Positions 18,468 to 29,511 are shown, numbered from the stretch's first letter. The stretch is DNA of 64,000 nucleotides from an uncultured Gammaproteobacteria bacterium (GCA_964541395.1 CAZIPM010000004.1:1188-65187); one strand, 5' to 3'. Numbers and translations are program-made. The notes: a model not told the origin generated them from the sequence alone.

Positions 18468-18881
18468 GTGAAAAAGTTTGTAGTGGATGCTTCATTTACT
18501 CTTAAATCTCTCCTCAATGAAAAAAAGTCAGTATCCATAAGATTTAGGAAATTATTCAAAGAAGCTGAATCGGGAAAAGTTAAAGTACTCGCCCCAAGGT
18601 TTATATTTAGTGAGGTAGCTAACGCGATAAGATATTCAACAAAAGATAGTGAGGAGGCTTTAGGAACCTTTAATGATTTTTTAGTTTTACCAATAGAATT
18701 TATAGACTTGGACGAAGTTGATTATAGAAAAACAATTGAGATTTCTTACTCTCAAAATACGACTGTCTATGATACTTCATACCATGTATTGGCTAAGGCT
18801 CACAATGCAACCTTTTTAACTTGTGATTACGAATACTATAAAAAAGCAAAAGTATTGGGTGATATTGAATTAGTAAAATAA
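18468..18881 (+). CDS. vapC: PIN-domain VapC toxin (start revised to GTG 18468)
   Basis: VVDAS, EVAN, YDTSY, LTCD acidic tetrad. Confidence 0.88.
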   Translation: MKKFVVDASFTLKSLLNEKKSVSIRFRKLFKEAESGKVKVLAPRFIFSEVANAIRYSTKDSEEALGTFNDFLVLPIEFIDLDEVDYRKTIEISYSQNTTVYDTSYHVLAKAHNATFLTCDYEYYKKAKVLGDIELVK

Positions 18882-18895
18882 ATCGAGGCGAATAA

Positions 18896-19093
18896 TTAAG
18901 TCTCAGATTCCTTTGAGACTCTTAAAATCGCCGCCTTTATTTTCCCCAGATCTTCTGTTAGGCGATTATCAATGCCATAAGTACCTACCTCTGCCTGATC
19001 AGTCGCATTGAAAAGTACTGTTAGAGTTCTGTCTGTGATTTCAATTTTCTCTTCGATATTATCCTTTTGAATTATTATCGTAACTGGTGGCAT
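18896..19093 (-). CDS. hypothetical protein
   Basis: 65-aa ORF with TTGACA-17-CATAAT promoter. Confidence 0.5.
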   Translation of the reverse strand: MPPVTIIIQKDNIEEKIEITDRTLTVLFNATDQAEVGTYGIDNRLTEDLGKIKAAILRVSKESET

Positions 19094-19154
19094 TTGAGAG
19101 GATTATGGGCGCAGTGTCTATAATTGTCAACGTTTTTGGTGTTAATATAAATAT

Positions 19155-20120
19155 ATGCTTAATTTGCCAAGAATGACCGATATAGATGTAAGTCAGAAAA
19201 AAGTTTTACTAAGACTTGATCTGGATATAAAGGAATTTGATGAAAACGATTTAAGGCTTAAGGCTTCCGTTGAAACTTTAGATTTTTTAAAAGGAAAAGC
19301 TTCAGAGATAATTATACTGGCACATCGGGGCAGACCAGAGGGAAAAGTTGATCAAAGTATGAGTCTAAAAATATTCCAGCCCTATTTTGATAAATGGGAG
19401 GCCAAAGTAGAGGAGAATTTAAGGTTTAATACGGGCGAAGAAGAAAATGATTCTGAGTTTGCCAATAAATTAGCAAGTCTGGGAGATGTTTATGTTAATG
19501 AAGCGTTTGCCAGTTCCCACAGAAACCATGCATCAATTGTGAGTCTTCCAAAACTAATGCCTTCTGCATTTGGGATACATTTTATAAAAGAAGTGGAAAA
19601 TCTTTCAAAAATATTGGAGCCTGTTAGACCATTGGTTGTACTGATAAGCGGAGTCAAGGAAGACAAAGTTAAAATGATTGAACCTTTGTCATTACTTGCG
19701 GATAAAATTCTGGTAGGAGGAAGACTACCAGACTTTTTGGGGGACAAAGCCCTAGAGAGTGTCAGATTACAAGGGGAAGACAAAAAAGTAATTGTAGGAA
19801 ATTTAATAATGGACAAAGAAGATATAACTTTAAATACAGTTGGTAGATTTAATTCCGAAATTCTCAAAGCAAAAACAATCCTTCTGGCGGGGGTATTGGG
19901 TAAGTATGAAGATGTAGGCCATTCTCAGGGAACGGAAAAAGTATTCAAGGCTGTAGCCAACTCAACTGCTTTTAAAATTGCGGGAGGAGGAGATACCATA
20001 AATGCCATAATACGTTATGGTATTCAGGATAAATTTGACTGGATTTCAGTGGGTGGAGGGGCAGCATTGGAATTTTTAACTAGAAAAACCTTACCAGGAA
20101 TTAATGCAATTGTCGATTAA
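19155..20120 (+). CDS. pgk: phosphoglycerate kinase (compact)
   Basis: AHRGRP, ENLRF, NEAF..SHR.HAS, GGGDT, SVGGGA. Confidence 0.95.
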   Translation: MLNLPRMTDIDVSQKKVLLRLDLDIKEFDENDLRLKASVETLDFLKGKASEIIILAHRGRPEGKVDQSMSLKIFQPYFDKWEAKVEENLRFNTGEEENDSEFANKLASLGDVYVNEAFASSHRNHASIVSLPKLMPSAFGIHFIKEVENLSKILEPVRPLVVLISGVKEDKVKMIEPLSLLADKILVGGRLPDFLGDKALESVRLQGEDKKVIVGNLIMDKEDITLNTVGRFNSEILKAKTILLAGVLGKYEDVGHSQGTEKVFKAVANSTAFKIAGGGDTINAIIRYGIQDKFDWISVGGGAALEFLTRKTLPGINAIVD

Positions 20121-20797
20121 TTTCTGTTTAGCCAAAAAGTTTTCAATAATCTGGCTGAATACTCACCAAAAAAAGATTGCGGGTTGCTGACAATTCTTCT
20201 TGCTGATGACTCAACGACAAGGGATCTGTCATAACCAATTATTCCACCTGCTTTTATTATGTTTAATGACAAATCAATGTCTTCGTGTACACTTGAATCG
20301 TCTAAAGACACATTCAACTTTACTTTCTCCCAAATATTCTTAGTGATGATCATATTGGGTCCTATCAAAAACACTTTCCCTTTTGTAAATAACTTTAAAG
20401 ATTTCAGATAAATCTGGGATGGCATAGACGTTTTTAATATTAAGGGAGAATCAATGTATGATATTGGGCCTGACAGTGCATCAATTTTGTTTTTACTAAA
20501 ATTAAGTTTAATTTTTTTAATCCAATCTGGGGTAACAATTACGTCAGCATCACATCTGGCGACAATTTCATTTACCGCATAATTGAACCCTGAGTTTCTG
20601 GCGAAAATCATCCCTTGAACTTTTTCAAAAATTACGGTTACCCCTAAACTTTTAGCGATTTTCGAAGTCTGGTCGGTGCTATTATTGTCGATAACAATAA
20701 TTTCGTCAGCTTTAACTTCTTGATTGATTATCGACAAGAGACACCTTTTTATATATTTTTCTTCATTGAAGGCTGGGATAACTACAGAAACTTTCAT
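20117..20797 (-). CDS. GT2 glycosyltransferase
   Basis: VVIPAFNEE, DNNSTD, DAD, ED. Confidence 0.93.
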   Translation of the reverse strand: MKVSVVIPAFNEEKYIKRCLLSIINQEVKADEIIVIDNNSTDQTSKIAKSLGVTVIFEKVQGMIFARNSGFNYAVNEIVARCDADVIVTPDWIKKIKLNFSKNKIDALSGPISYIDSPLILKTSMPSQIYLKSLKLFTKGKVFLIGPNMIITKNIWEKVKLNVSLDDSSVHEDIDLSLNIIKAGGIIGYDRSLVVESSARRIVSNPQSFFGEYSARLLKTFWLNRN

Positions 20798-20806
20798 TAG
20801 GTAGTA

Positions 20807-21448
20807 TTATATCCCAAGTTCAGATTTTAGTATTTTTTCAAACCATTTCTGATGATTCTGAATATCACCATGACTCTGGGCCTTTGTTATTACTTTTGGC
20901 CAATTTATTTCAATTAAATCAGGATTGCCAACAAATCTGTCTTTTTTAGCAAAGATACTTAATACTTTATCTTTTGGAGGGTTTATTTTTCTGATTCTAC
21001 CCAATAAAGGACTACCGGGAACAACTTCTTTTGCAGTTTTACCTGCTACTTTATAAAGTTGATGAATTCCATTAAACGGTGTTCCTATTGTTATAATCTT
21101 GTTTATTTTTTTCCATAAATTATTTTTATTTACATAATCCAAGGCAAGAAATCCTCCTGCGCTGAAGCCTAATATTAACGGATTTTTATACTTGGAAAAA
21201 GCTATGTCTAATTGTTTAAAATACTGTTTGATACCATACATCAGACTTCCTAAATATAGAAGCTGACCTTTGACTTTGTGTTTCTTCATAAAAGCCCGTA
21301 ATCCATCTTCAGGCCAACCATATAGTACACCGTGAATTCCTATTATTGGACCATTGATTCCTTCGTAGATATATTCCTGGCAGGCATCGTCAAACATAGC
21401 CTCCTCAAAAAAATAATAATCTTCTAAGAATTCATCTGTGATTTTCAT
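20807..21448 (-). CDS. lipase/esterase alpha/beta hydrolase
   Basis: IHG, GFSAGG, IGTPFNG. Confidence 0.85.
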   Translation of the reverse strand: MKITDEFLEDYYFFEEAMFDDACQEYIYEGINGPIIGIHGVLYGWPEDGLRAFMKKHKVKGQLLYLGSLMYGIKQYFKQLDIAFSKYKNPLILGFSAGGFLALDYVNKNNLWKKINKIITIGTPFNGIHQLYKVAGKTAKEVVPGSPLLGRIRKINPPKDKVLSIFAKKDRFVGNPDLIEINWPKVITKAQSHGDIQNHQKWFEKILKSELGI

Positions 21449-22038
21449 ATCTTTTCTTCGTCTTTTAAGTAACTAATTACCCAAATATAGATGCAAAAGT
21501 GTGTCAGAAAAGTAATTATTAACCCATTACTTATATTGTTTATAAGATAACTAAAAACAATTCCTCCGATCAATGCATAAATAACATACTGGTATCTCAA
21601 TTTGGCCCAAGGCACAAATAAGACAGGTAAATGGGCCATGAAAAACCAAATCCCAAAATAATAATCTTTGTATTCTTGCCCAAAAATATTTTTTAAAATT
21701 GAGATAGCGATAACTACCATTGTCTGTTGGAAGAGAATGTTAAATGTCTGAAACAATAGAAAAAATCTGTCCTTAGCAAACTTTTTATAATAGTTTTTAA
21801 AAAAGGCGAAAAATATACCTAATATATTAGCAAGTAATGTGCCAACCAACAGTTGGGGTAAATATTTGGTCACATGAGTGTCAAAATAGAAACTAGTGAT
21901 AATAAATGCAAATAGAAAAAAAAGACCTCTACCTGTATATTTCCTGCTATGAAATTTTTCCAGTATCCAGCGAACCTTGATATTAAATAATCCCCAGACA
22001 GAAAACCAAATGATAAACCAAAGATAAACTTCTTTCAT
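21445..22038 (-). CDS. polytopic membrane protein, CPBP-like
   Basis: Multiple TMs, FFMAH and LTHF motifs. Confidence 0.65.
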   Translation of the reverse strand: MKEVYLWFIIWFSVWGLFNIKVRWILEKFHSRKYTGRGLFFLFAFIITSFYFDTHVTKYLPQLLVGTLLANILGIFFAFFKNYYKKFAKDRFFLLFQTFNILFQQTMVVIAISILKNIFGQEYKDYYFGIWFFMAHLPVLFVPWAKLRYQYVIYALIGGIVFSYLINNISNGLIITFLTHFCIYIWVISYLKDEEKI

Positions 22039-22087
22039 ACTTTGATTTTAATAGTATCAGATATAGAATGTATAGTAATACTGCCAT

Positions 22088-23194
22088 ATGATTAAAGTTG
22101 GAATAAACGGTTTTGGGAGAATAGGAAGACTTGCTTACAGAATAGGCTTATTAAAGCATTCCCAAGAAGTAAACTTTACTGCGGTCAATACTTCTGGAAG
22201 TATGGATACTGCAGGTTGGGCCCATCTTCTCAATTACGATTCCACTTACAGAAAATTTGAATATGAAGTTAAAGCAAAAGAATTAAAACCTGCCAAAGAA
22301 GCTACGGACGAAGATTCACAAATAGGGGAGATCAGTGTTTCTGAACGAGGAGTGGTTACTGCAGTCTTGGCACAACGAGATCCTGCTAAAATTTCTTGGT
22401 CAAAATTTGGTGTGGACGTTGTTATCGAATCAACTGGTCATTTTACAGATGCTGAAGGTGCCAAAAAACACGCCCTTGGTGGAGCCAAAAGGGTGGTAAT
22501 CTCTGCCCCAGCCAAAGGGGAAAATGTAGGAACATATATCTTGGGTGTTAATGAAACAGATAAAACTGCTCTGGTAATATCAAACGCCAGCTGTACCACT
22601 AACTGTGTCGCTCCTGTTGCTGCAGTTATGCAATCTGCCTTTGGAATTGAAAAAGCAATGATGACTACGGTTCATAGTTACACCGATGACCAAAATCTTC
22701 AGGACGGTTCACATACAGATCTAAGACGAGCCAGAGGGGCTGCAGTAAATATAGTTCCAACTACAACCGGAGCTGCAGTTGCAGCAACTGAAACAATTCC
22801 TTCTTTAAAAGGAATCTTTGACGGGATGGCTTTAAGAGTTCCAACAGCAACAGGTTCTTTAACTGACTTTACTTTTCTATTATCTAAAAACGTGACAAAA
22901 GACGAAGTAAATAAAGCCTTTTCTGATGCAGTAAATAATCCCATCTATAAGGGAATATTGGCAGTATCTGAAGGGTATTTAGTATCAAGTGATATTATTG
23001 GAAGAAGTGAGTCGGCCATTGTCGATTTACCATTAACGCAAGTGGTTGCGGGAAATATGGTCAAGGTTTTTGCCTGGTACGACAATGAATGGGGTTATGC
23101 CAACAGATTAGTTGAACAGGTTATCAGAGTAGGTAATGCATTATCAGGAAATTCAGTTCCCACTGATCCCTTAACTCTGACACATAATGGATGA
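22088..23194 (+). CDS. gap: glyceraldehyde-3-phosphate dehydrogenase type I
   Basis: INGFGRIGR, SNASCTTNC, WYDNEWGY. Confidence 0.97.
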   Translation: MIKVGINGFGRIGRLAYRIGLLKHSQEVNFTAVNTSGSMDTAGWAHLLNYDSTYRKFEYEVKAKELKPAKEATDEDSQIGEISVSERGVVTAVLAQRDPAKISWSKFGVDVVIESTGHFTDAEGAKKHALGGAKRVVISAPAKGENVGTYILGVNETDKTALVISNASCTTNCVAPVAAVMQSAFGIEKAMMTTVHSYTDDQNLQDGSHTDLRRARGAAVNIVPTTTGAAVAATETIPSLKGIFDGMALRVPTATGSLTDFTFLLSKNVTKDEVNKAFSDAVNNPIYKGILAVSEGYLVSSDIIGRSESAIVDLPLTQVVAGNMVKVFAWYDNEWGYANRLVEQVIRVGNALSGNSVPTDPLTLTHNG

Positions 23195-23203
23195 ACAAAC
23201 CAT

Positions 23204-23824
23204 ATGATGGATAAAAACTCAAAGAAAAAAATCAGGCAAATCAGTTATTTCGGTTTCGCCGATGCCAGTGTTAACGATCCTTTATATAAAGAAGCTTTTG
23301 AAGTATCTAAATATGTCACCTCACATGGTTTTGTTGCCATTAACGGCGGCGGCCCGGGTACGATGAGAGCCGTCTCGGAAGGTGCCAAGGCAGCCAAAGG
23401 TACTGCTGTCGGAGTTACTTTTTACCCTAAGGATATAACCAACTTTGAAGGACGGGACCAGGATAATCCCATGGATATCGAAATAAAATGCAAAAACTAT
23501 CTTGAAAGGACCTTAAAACTTTTGGAACTTGGCGATGCCTATGTGATTTTTAGGGGAGGAACCGGTACCATCTCTGAATTTGGTATGGCCTGGGGTTTGG
23601 CCAGGCTTTATTTTGGTCATCATAAACCGTTAATTTTGTATGGAGATTATTGGAACAACATCATTAAAGCCTTTGTAGACAATATGAGAATCAGACCTGA
23701 AGACCTGAAGGTTTACAGGGTGGCCAAAAACCCCAAAGAGGTAGTTGAAGCAATTAATGATTTTGAATATGTATTAACTCAAAATGACCATATTCATGAG
23801 GAAGAGAAACCCTTCCAAATATAA
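23204..23824 (+). CDS. LOG-family nucleotide phosphoribohydrolase
   Basis: GGGPGTM and GGTGTISE. Confidence 0.9.
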   Translation: MMDKNSKKKIRQISYFGFADASVNDPLYKEAFEVSKYVTSHGFVAINGGGPGTMRAVSEGAKAAKGTAVGVTFYPKDITNFEGRDQDNPMDIEIKCKNYLERTLKLLELGDAYVIFRGGTGTISEFGMAWGLARLYFGHHKPLILYGDYWNNIIKAFVDNMRIRPEDLKVYRVAKNPKEVVEAINDFEYVLTQNDHIHEEEKPFQI

Positions 23825-23832
23825 CTTTTAAA

Positions 23833-24681
23833 ATGAAACACAAATTGGAAGATTTAGAAAAAATTGCCACTGAAGTTAGGCGTGATGTTATCAAGATGAT
23901 ACTTCACGCAGGGGCTGGACACCCAGCAGGGTCATTGGGAATGGTTGATGTTTTTGTTGCCCTCTATTATGAAATATTAAATCATGATTCCAAGAAACCT
24001 GATTGGGAGACACGAGACAGGTTAATACTTTCCTGTGGTCATATTTGCCCCGCCAGATATGCTGTAATGAGCCACGCAGGTTATTTTGACCATAAACATC
24101 TTTTTAAACTGGGGGAATTTAAAAGTATTCTACAGGGACACCCGGACAAAAGATTTTTACCAAGTGTTGAAACAACCTCAGGCCCTTTAGGTTGTGGGTT
24201 AGCCCAGGCTTCAGGAATTGCCTTGGCTGCAAGAATGGACGGAAAAAGATTTAGAACTATAGTCATTACATCTGATGGGGAACACGACGAAGGTAACCAT
24301 TGGGAAGCAGTAGCCTTTGCTGCGAAAAATAATCTTAGCAATCTGACTATGATAGTAGACAGAAATAATATACAAATAGACGGTTATACCGAAGAAGTCA
24401 TGCCGCTTGAACCTTTAGCTGATAAATATAAAGCTTACAATTGGTCTGTTATAGAAATTGACGGGCATAATTTTGAAGAAATTGTCAGTGCAGTCAATAA
24501 GGCCAGGGCAATCTATGAAAATCCGACCGTAATAATAGCCAGAACCATACCGGGTAAAGGTGTGGATTTTATGGAAAATGTTCCATCTTGGCATGCAAAA
24601 GCTCCATCTGACGATCAGGCGAAGCTAGCATTGAAGGAATTAAGAACTTTGCAGGGAAAGATTAAAGAGTATGGTGAGTAA
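23833..24681 (+). CDS. tkt: transketolase N-terminal subunit
   Basis: GHPAGSLG, LQGHP, SDGE..EG, WH. Confidence 0.93.
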   Translation: MKHKLEDLEKIATEVRRDVIKMILHAGAGHPAGSLGMVDVFVALYYEILNHDSKKPDWETRDRLILSCGHICPARYAVMSHAGYFDHKHLFKLGEFKSILQGHPDKRFLPSVETTSGPLGCGLAQASGIALAARMDGKRFRTIVITSDGEHDEGNHWEAVAFAAKNNLSNLTMIVDRNNIQIDGYTEEVMPLEPLADKYKAYNWSVIEIDGHNFEEIVSAVNKARAIYENPTVIIARTIPGKGVDFMENVPSWHAKAPSDDQAKLALKELRTLQGKIKEYGE

Positions 24682-24712
24682 GATATAAAATTATTAAATT
24701 AAAATTAACTGT

Positions 24713-25708
24713 ATGTTAAAAACAAATTTGTATTTATCAGATAATATTTTTAAAAAAGACATTGAGGTCAAATTTATGCGTGACGGATTTGGCCAAGGAC
24801 TTCTTTTAGCAGGGGAGAAAGACGACAGAATCGTTGTTTTATCTGCCGACCTTAAAGAAAGTACCAAGGCAAATTATTTTGCGGATAAGTTTCCAAATAG
24901 ATTTATTGAAGTGGGTGTTGCCGAACAAGCTTTAGTGACAATTGCCTCAGGTTTTGCCAATTACGGTAAAATTCCTTTTGTTACTTCATATGCAATATTT
25001 TCACCGGGGCGCAATTGGGAGCAAATAAGAACAACAATCGGAATAGATGCTTATCCAGTAAAAATAATAGGAGCTCAAAGTGGACTTAACATAGGACATT
25101 ATGGAGTAACTCACCAAGGCTTGGAAGATATTGCCACGATGAGAGTAATTCCCGGTATGAATGTTGTAGCTCCGTCTGATTATGAAGAAGCAAAAAAAGC
25201 AACACTGGAAATGGCAAAGATAGATGAACCTTTTTACATGAGGTTACCAAGAATAGATTCACCTGTTTATACAACAGAAAAAACTCCTTTTAAGATTGGT
25301 AAAGCGAACATCCTGACGGAAAGTAAAAAGCCTGAAGCAACAATAATCGCTTGTGGTTTAATGGTTTACCGGGCTTTGCAAGCAGCCAAAGAACTTGAGA
25401 AAAATGGCATAGAATCAATTGTGGTTAACATGCATACGATAAAACCCTTGGATGATGAGATTGTAATTAGGCAGGCAAAACTTACGGGGGCAGTAGTAAC
25501 AATTGAGGAGCATCAGTTAATGGGAGGAATGGGCTCAGCAGTAAGCGAGGTGTTATCTAAAAACTATCCTGTTCCAATGGAGATGTTGGGGGTGCAGAAT
25601 AAATTTGGTCAATCAGGAAAACCTAAAGAGTTGTTTGAAGAGTATGGGTTAACCAAAGAAGATATTGTAAAAGCTGTTAAAAAAGTAATTACCAGAAAAA
25701 ACAATTAG
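24713..25708 (+). CDS. tkt: transketolase C-terminal subunit
   Basis: LSADL, GVAEQ, THQ..ED, TIKPLD, EEH. Confidence 0.93.
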   Translation: MLKTNLYLSDNIFKKDIEVKFMRDGFGQGLLLAGEKDDRIVVLSADLKESTKANYFADKFPNRFIEVGVAEQALVTIASGFANYGKIPFVTSYAIFSPGRNWEQIRTTIGIDAYPVKIIGAQSGLNIGHYGVTHQGLEDIATMRVIPGMNVVAPSDYEEAKKATLEMAKIDEPFYMRLPRIDSPVYTTEKTPFKIGKANILTESKKPEATIIACGLMVYRALQAAKELEKNGIESIVVNMHTIKPLDDEIVIRQAKLTGAVVTIEEHQLMGGMGSAVSEVLSKNYPVPMEMLGVQNKFGQSGKPKELFEEYGLTKEDIVKAVKKVITRKNN

Positions 25709-25713
25709 ATTAA

Positions 25714-26313
25714 TTAGGGACACGGAGTAAATTCACATTTAGGTCCACTTCTTCCTACAAATGAACCATCAGGACATTCCATAGCCTCCATAGTGCAGGA
25801 AACACTGGAATTGTCAGGTATGGGGGAAGTCTCTAAAAATTTAAATGTGGAAATAATTTCTTCAACCTGTGGGTCATTGTTGATGTTAAATAAAGTATAA
25901 GTGCCTGTACCGAATGATTGAATTTTTATGCTGTTTATATATTTTCCAGAATTGTATTTAGATTTGTATTGAGTTTCATTTTCCCAAGATTCAATCACCA
26001 GATCATATACCTGGTTTCCCTTAGACAATATCAGTACAGAATTGGGCCAACCTGTCTGATCTTCCACAATACTGAAATTGTTTGGATATTTAATCTCAAA
26101 ATTTTCTTCATCACTCGTAAATGTGTTCCAGTTTGAATATGGTGTCGAATCTTGCACTATCGGTAAAGGAGGCTTACTAATCAAGTTATTTCTTTTAATC
26201 AAAAAATATTCACCAATGCCGATTGAAAAAAGACAGGTTACCGAAAGAAGTAAGAGTAAAAAATTATCTTTTACTGCACGAGCAGAAAATTTATAGCTAA
26301 TCTTTTTTGCCAT
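25714..26313 (-). CDS. membrane-anchored PsbP-like protein with Cys-rich C-terminal motif
   Basis: WNTF...FEIKYP, IISTFKF, CTMEAMECPDGSFVGRSGPKCEFTPCP. Confidence 0.75.
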   Translation of the reverse strand: MAKKISYKFSARAVKDNFLLLLLSVTCLFSIGIGEYFLIKRNNLISKPPLPIVQDSTPYSNWNTFTSDEENFEIKYPNNFSIVEDQTGWPNSVLILSKGNQVYDLVIESWENETQYKSKYNSGKYINSIKIQSFGTGTYTLFNINNDPQVEEIISTFKFLETSPIPDNSSVSCTMEAMECPDGSFVGRSGPKCEFTPCP

Positions 26314-26341
26314 TAATTGATTATATTCCTTTTTTTAAATG

Positions 26342-26779
26342 TTATTTAAAATTTACCTGAATTTCAAATGTTTTAGAAAGTTCAGGATCACCGCTGGGAT
26401 TATCATTTTCAAAAACGATAAAACCACTATCTGTTGTGGTTGTAAAGTTTAATGTAGCTATAAATTCAACCTGATTACCCGACTGCCAACTACCGGGATT
26501 TTTTTCTTTTGCCAATCCTTGAACAATCAAATTTCTGTTTTCGTCCAACATTTTTATTGGAAAGATTCCCTCAAACATCCAACCGGGTTCGACCAGTCCG
26601 GTTATTGAAACCGGGGATTTTATCCTTTCGTTTGATTGGGGAGAGGTGATGAATACTGAAGTTTGGGAAATGGATGACGGTTGCGGAAAAGTCAGAGGAG
26701 AGGGAGATTTTTTAAAATAAATTAACCCATAAAGAAGGATTATAATCAAAATAACCCAAAATAATACTTTGGATTTCAC
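26342..26779 (-). CDS. Gmad2-like Ig-domain protein
   Basis: SP..I.G....WMFEG.FP and DNPSG. Confidence 0.8.
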   Translation of the reverse strand: MKSKVLFWVILIIILLYGLIYFKKSPSPLTFPQPSSISQTSVFITSPQSNERIKSPVSITGLVEPGWMFEGIFPIKMLDENRNLIVQGLAKEKNPGSWQSGNQVEFIATLNFTTTTDSGFIVFENDNPSGDPELSKTFEIQVNFK

Positions 26780-26859
26780 CCCTTTATTTTATCACGAGTG
26801 TACTAAATGGCAAATTTCATTTCTAACATTTTACTGGTACACTGGTATTTAACTACTCT

Positions 26860-27846
26860 ATGGAAGAAACTATTCAAAAACTATTAACTCCCGGGAAAGG
26901 AATTCTGGCAGCAGATGCTTCGACGAAAACGTTATCCAAGAGGTTTACTGCTCTAGGATTGACTCTATCTCCGGAACTTAATAAAAAATATAAGGAAGTA
27001 CTTTTTACTACCCCCAATTTTTCAGATGTTATAAGTGGAGTAATTTTATATGACGAAACTATCCGACAGACGTTCCGGGGTAGCTTTGCTACTCAATTTT
27101 TAAATAATTTGGGGGTAGTCCCTGGTATTAAAGTAGACCAGGGATTGGAGAATTATAACAGTACAGAAGAGCAGACTACTTTGGGTTTGGACGGGTTGGG
27201 ACAAAGACTAGAAGAATATTCCAAACTGGGAGCAAAATTTACAAAATGGAGAGCTGTTATAAAAATATCGGATATTTTTCCGACCGATGGTTTTTTGGAT
27301 GAAAATCTAGCCAGGTTAGCGGAGTATGCAATAATTTCACAACAACATGGTTTGGTTCCGATAGTTGAACCCGAAGTTTTGTTGAATGGTAACCATACAA
27401 ATTCCAAATGCGAAGAAATTACAACCAAAACCTTAAAAAAACTGTTTGAATTATTAGAAGTTAAAAAAGTTAATCTGAAAACATTACTTCTTAAAGTTAA
27501 CATGGTTTTACCCGGGCAAGACAGCGGAGTGGTCGCAGAACCTCTTGAGGTAGGAAATGCTACACTTCGGACTTTACAAAACTCGGTACCCAATGAAGTT
27601 CCCGGAATTGTCTTTTTATCAGGAGGACAGTCTCCGGATCAGGCTACAGAAAATCTAAATGAAATAGTAAAACTTAATAAAGTTAAAACATTTGGTAATT
27701 GGGATTTGTCCTTTTCATATGACCGGGCTCTACAACAGGAAGCTTTATCAACCTGGCAGGGTTTAGATGAAAATATCACAAATGCACAAGAGGTCTTCAA
27801 TAAAAGACTCTTAATGGTCCAAAAAGCAAGGAAGGGGGAGTTGTAG
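26860..27846 (+). CDS. fba: class I fructose-bisphosphate aldolase
   Basis: GKGILAAD, GIKVD, KWR, PIVEPEV, FLSGGQ. Confidence 0.95.
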   Translation: MEETIQKLLTPGKGILAADASTKTLSKRFTALGLTLSPELNKKYKEVLFTTPNFSDVISGVILYDETIRQTFRGSFATQFLNNLGVVPGIKVDQGLENYNSTEEQTTLGLDGLGQRLEEYSKLGAKFTKWRAVIKISDIFPTDGFLDENLARLAEYAIISQQHGLVPIVEPEVLLNGNHTNSKCEEITTKTLKKLFELLEVKKVNLKTLLLKVNMVLPGQDSGVVAEPLEVGNATLRTLQNSVPNEVPGIVFLSGGQSPDQATENLNEIVKLNKVKTFGNWDLSFSYDRALQQEALSTWQGLDENITNAQEVFNKRLLMVQKARKGEL

Positions 27847-27848
27847 TT

Positions 27849-28844
27849 ATGGCTGGCACTTTTGATTTACTTTCTATAGGGGATGCCAATTTAGATTGTT
27901 TTATAGCCCCGTCTGAGTCGGAGTCACTTTGCAATTTAAACACCAAACAGTGCATGATCGCATTTTCCTACGGGGATAAAATCCCAGTTAAAAATTTGGA
28001 ATTCTCGGTTGGAGGCAATGCAGCTAATAATGCAGTTGGAGTTAAGAGATTGGGAGTTAACGTGGGGGTTGTATTGACATTGGGTGATGACAGTATAGGT
28101 AGACAAATTATAGAAAGATTACAAAACGAAAAAGTAGATCTGACATATGTAGTTCAGCAACCAGCAACCAGTTCAAACTTTAATGTTGCAGTAACCTATA
28201 CAGGAGAACGAACTATTTTTACCTACCATGCTCCCAGATCTTATGAATTTCCTGTTCAGCTTCCCAAAGCCCCCTGGGTTTATTTGACATCAATGGGAGA
28301 ATCGTACAGACCATTCTACAATCATGTAACAGAATGGTTGGTTAAAAATCCTGAAATTAAGCTTGCATTTAATCCTGGTTCGTGGCAGCTGCGTTCCGGT
28401 ATTGAACAGCTGTCTAATATTTTTAAATTAAGTCAGATTGTCTTTGTCAACAAACAGGAGGCAGAAAAATTGACCGGATTTGGAAAAAAGACGGAAGTAA
28501 CTAAAGAACTATTGTCTGCGCTTTCCAACCTTGGACCGAAAGTTGCAGTAATTACGGATGGAGGAAACGGAAGCTACGCATTTGACGGTCAAAAGTATTA
28601 TCACTGTGATGTTCTACCTGTTGATGCCTATGAAAGAACGGGGGCAGGAGATGCATTTGGTTCGGGATTTTTGGCAGGACTCATAAACGGCAGATCAATT
28701 TCTGATTCTTTGGTCTGGGGAACTGTTAATTCAGGTTCCGTAATTGGCTATGTAGGTTCACAAAAAGGGCTTTTGGCAAAAGAAGATATCGATGTCTGGG
28801 TTGAAAGATTTACGTCTTCAGCGGTTAAAGTGGGAGAATTTTAA
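27849..28844 (+). CDS. PfkB-family carbohydrate kinase
   Basis: GGNAANNA and RTGAGDAF. Confidence 0.93.
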   Translation: MAGTFDLLSIGDANLDCFIAPSESESLCNLNTKQCMIAFSYGDKIPVKNLEFSVGGNAANNAVGVKRLGVNVGVVLTLGDDSIGRQIIERLQNEKVDLTYVVQQPATSSNFNVAVTYTGERTIFTYHAPRSYEFPVQLPKAPWVYLTSMGESYRPFYNHVTEWLVKNPEIKLAFNPGSWQLRSGIEQLSNIFKLSQIVFVNKQEAEKLTGFGKKTEVTKELLSALSNLGPKVAVITDGGNGSYAFDGQKYYHCDVLPVDAYERTGAGDAFGSGFLAGLINGRSISDSLVWGTVNSGSVIGYVGSQKGLLAKEDIDVWVERFTSSAVKVGEF

Positions 28845-29462
28845 TTATTCACTGAATTCAAAAGTAGAGAGTATTTCTTCGAAATAAGTCCGAGCCTCGG
28901 TTGAGAAAGTATTATATCTGACTTCAATTAAAAAATAATCATTGTCTTGTGTGAGTCCATAAGTTGAGTATTTTGTGTTATCCACGTCCCAAGTTATTCT
29001 TTCCCAGTCTATTCCGCCAATATTTACTTTTTCACTGGTTGTCGGAGATTCCGTACCTCTTCCTCCTGCTTCGGGATCAATGCTTAATTTAAAACTATCT
29101 TTAGTACATTCGATCATTACCCCTGTAACACATTCTTCAGGAAGAGATAAATTAAATATCCTGGTTTTTTGATAGCCGTAATATCCGATCGGTGTCGGGA
29201 ATGGGGTAGATGTATCTACAGGCTCCGGAGTTGTGGTTCCTTTAACTTGTTTAGCAATATTTTGAGTTTGCCAGGCAAAAAAACCTGCAGCAAAAACTGC
29301 AATAAGAAGAAGTAAAGAGAGTAAAGTTATCAAAAAATTACCAGATTTGACAGGTGGAGTTTCAGAAACAGGTGAATTTGTTACAGAGTGAACTGGCTCT
29401 GTATATGTTTCAACAGTTGGTGTTGGGACAGGTGGAGTATTTTGGGTAGTCGTGTCTTCCAT
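28845..29462 (-). CDS. membrane-anchored surface protein (start revised to 29462)
   Basis: Pro/Thr-rich N-terminus, TM helix, FEEILSTFEF end. Confidence 0.7.
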   Translation of the reverse strand: MEDTTTQNTPPVPTPTVETYTEPVHSVTNSPVSETPPVKSGNFLITLLSLLLLIAVFAAGFFAWQTQNIAKQVKGTTTPEPVDTSTPFPTPIGYYGYQKTRIFNLSLPEECVTGVMIECTKDSFKLSIDPEAGGRGTESPTTSEKVNIGGIDWERITWDVDNTKYSTYGLTQDNDYFLIEVRYNTFSTEARTYFEEILSTFEFSE

Positions 29463-29511
29463 CTTTATCACTTTATCTAAAATGAAATTGTTTGTAAAGT
29501 GACGAAAACTA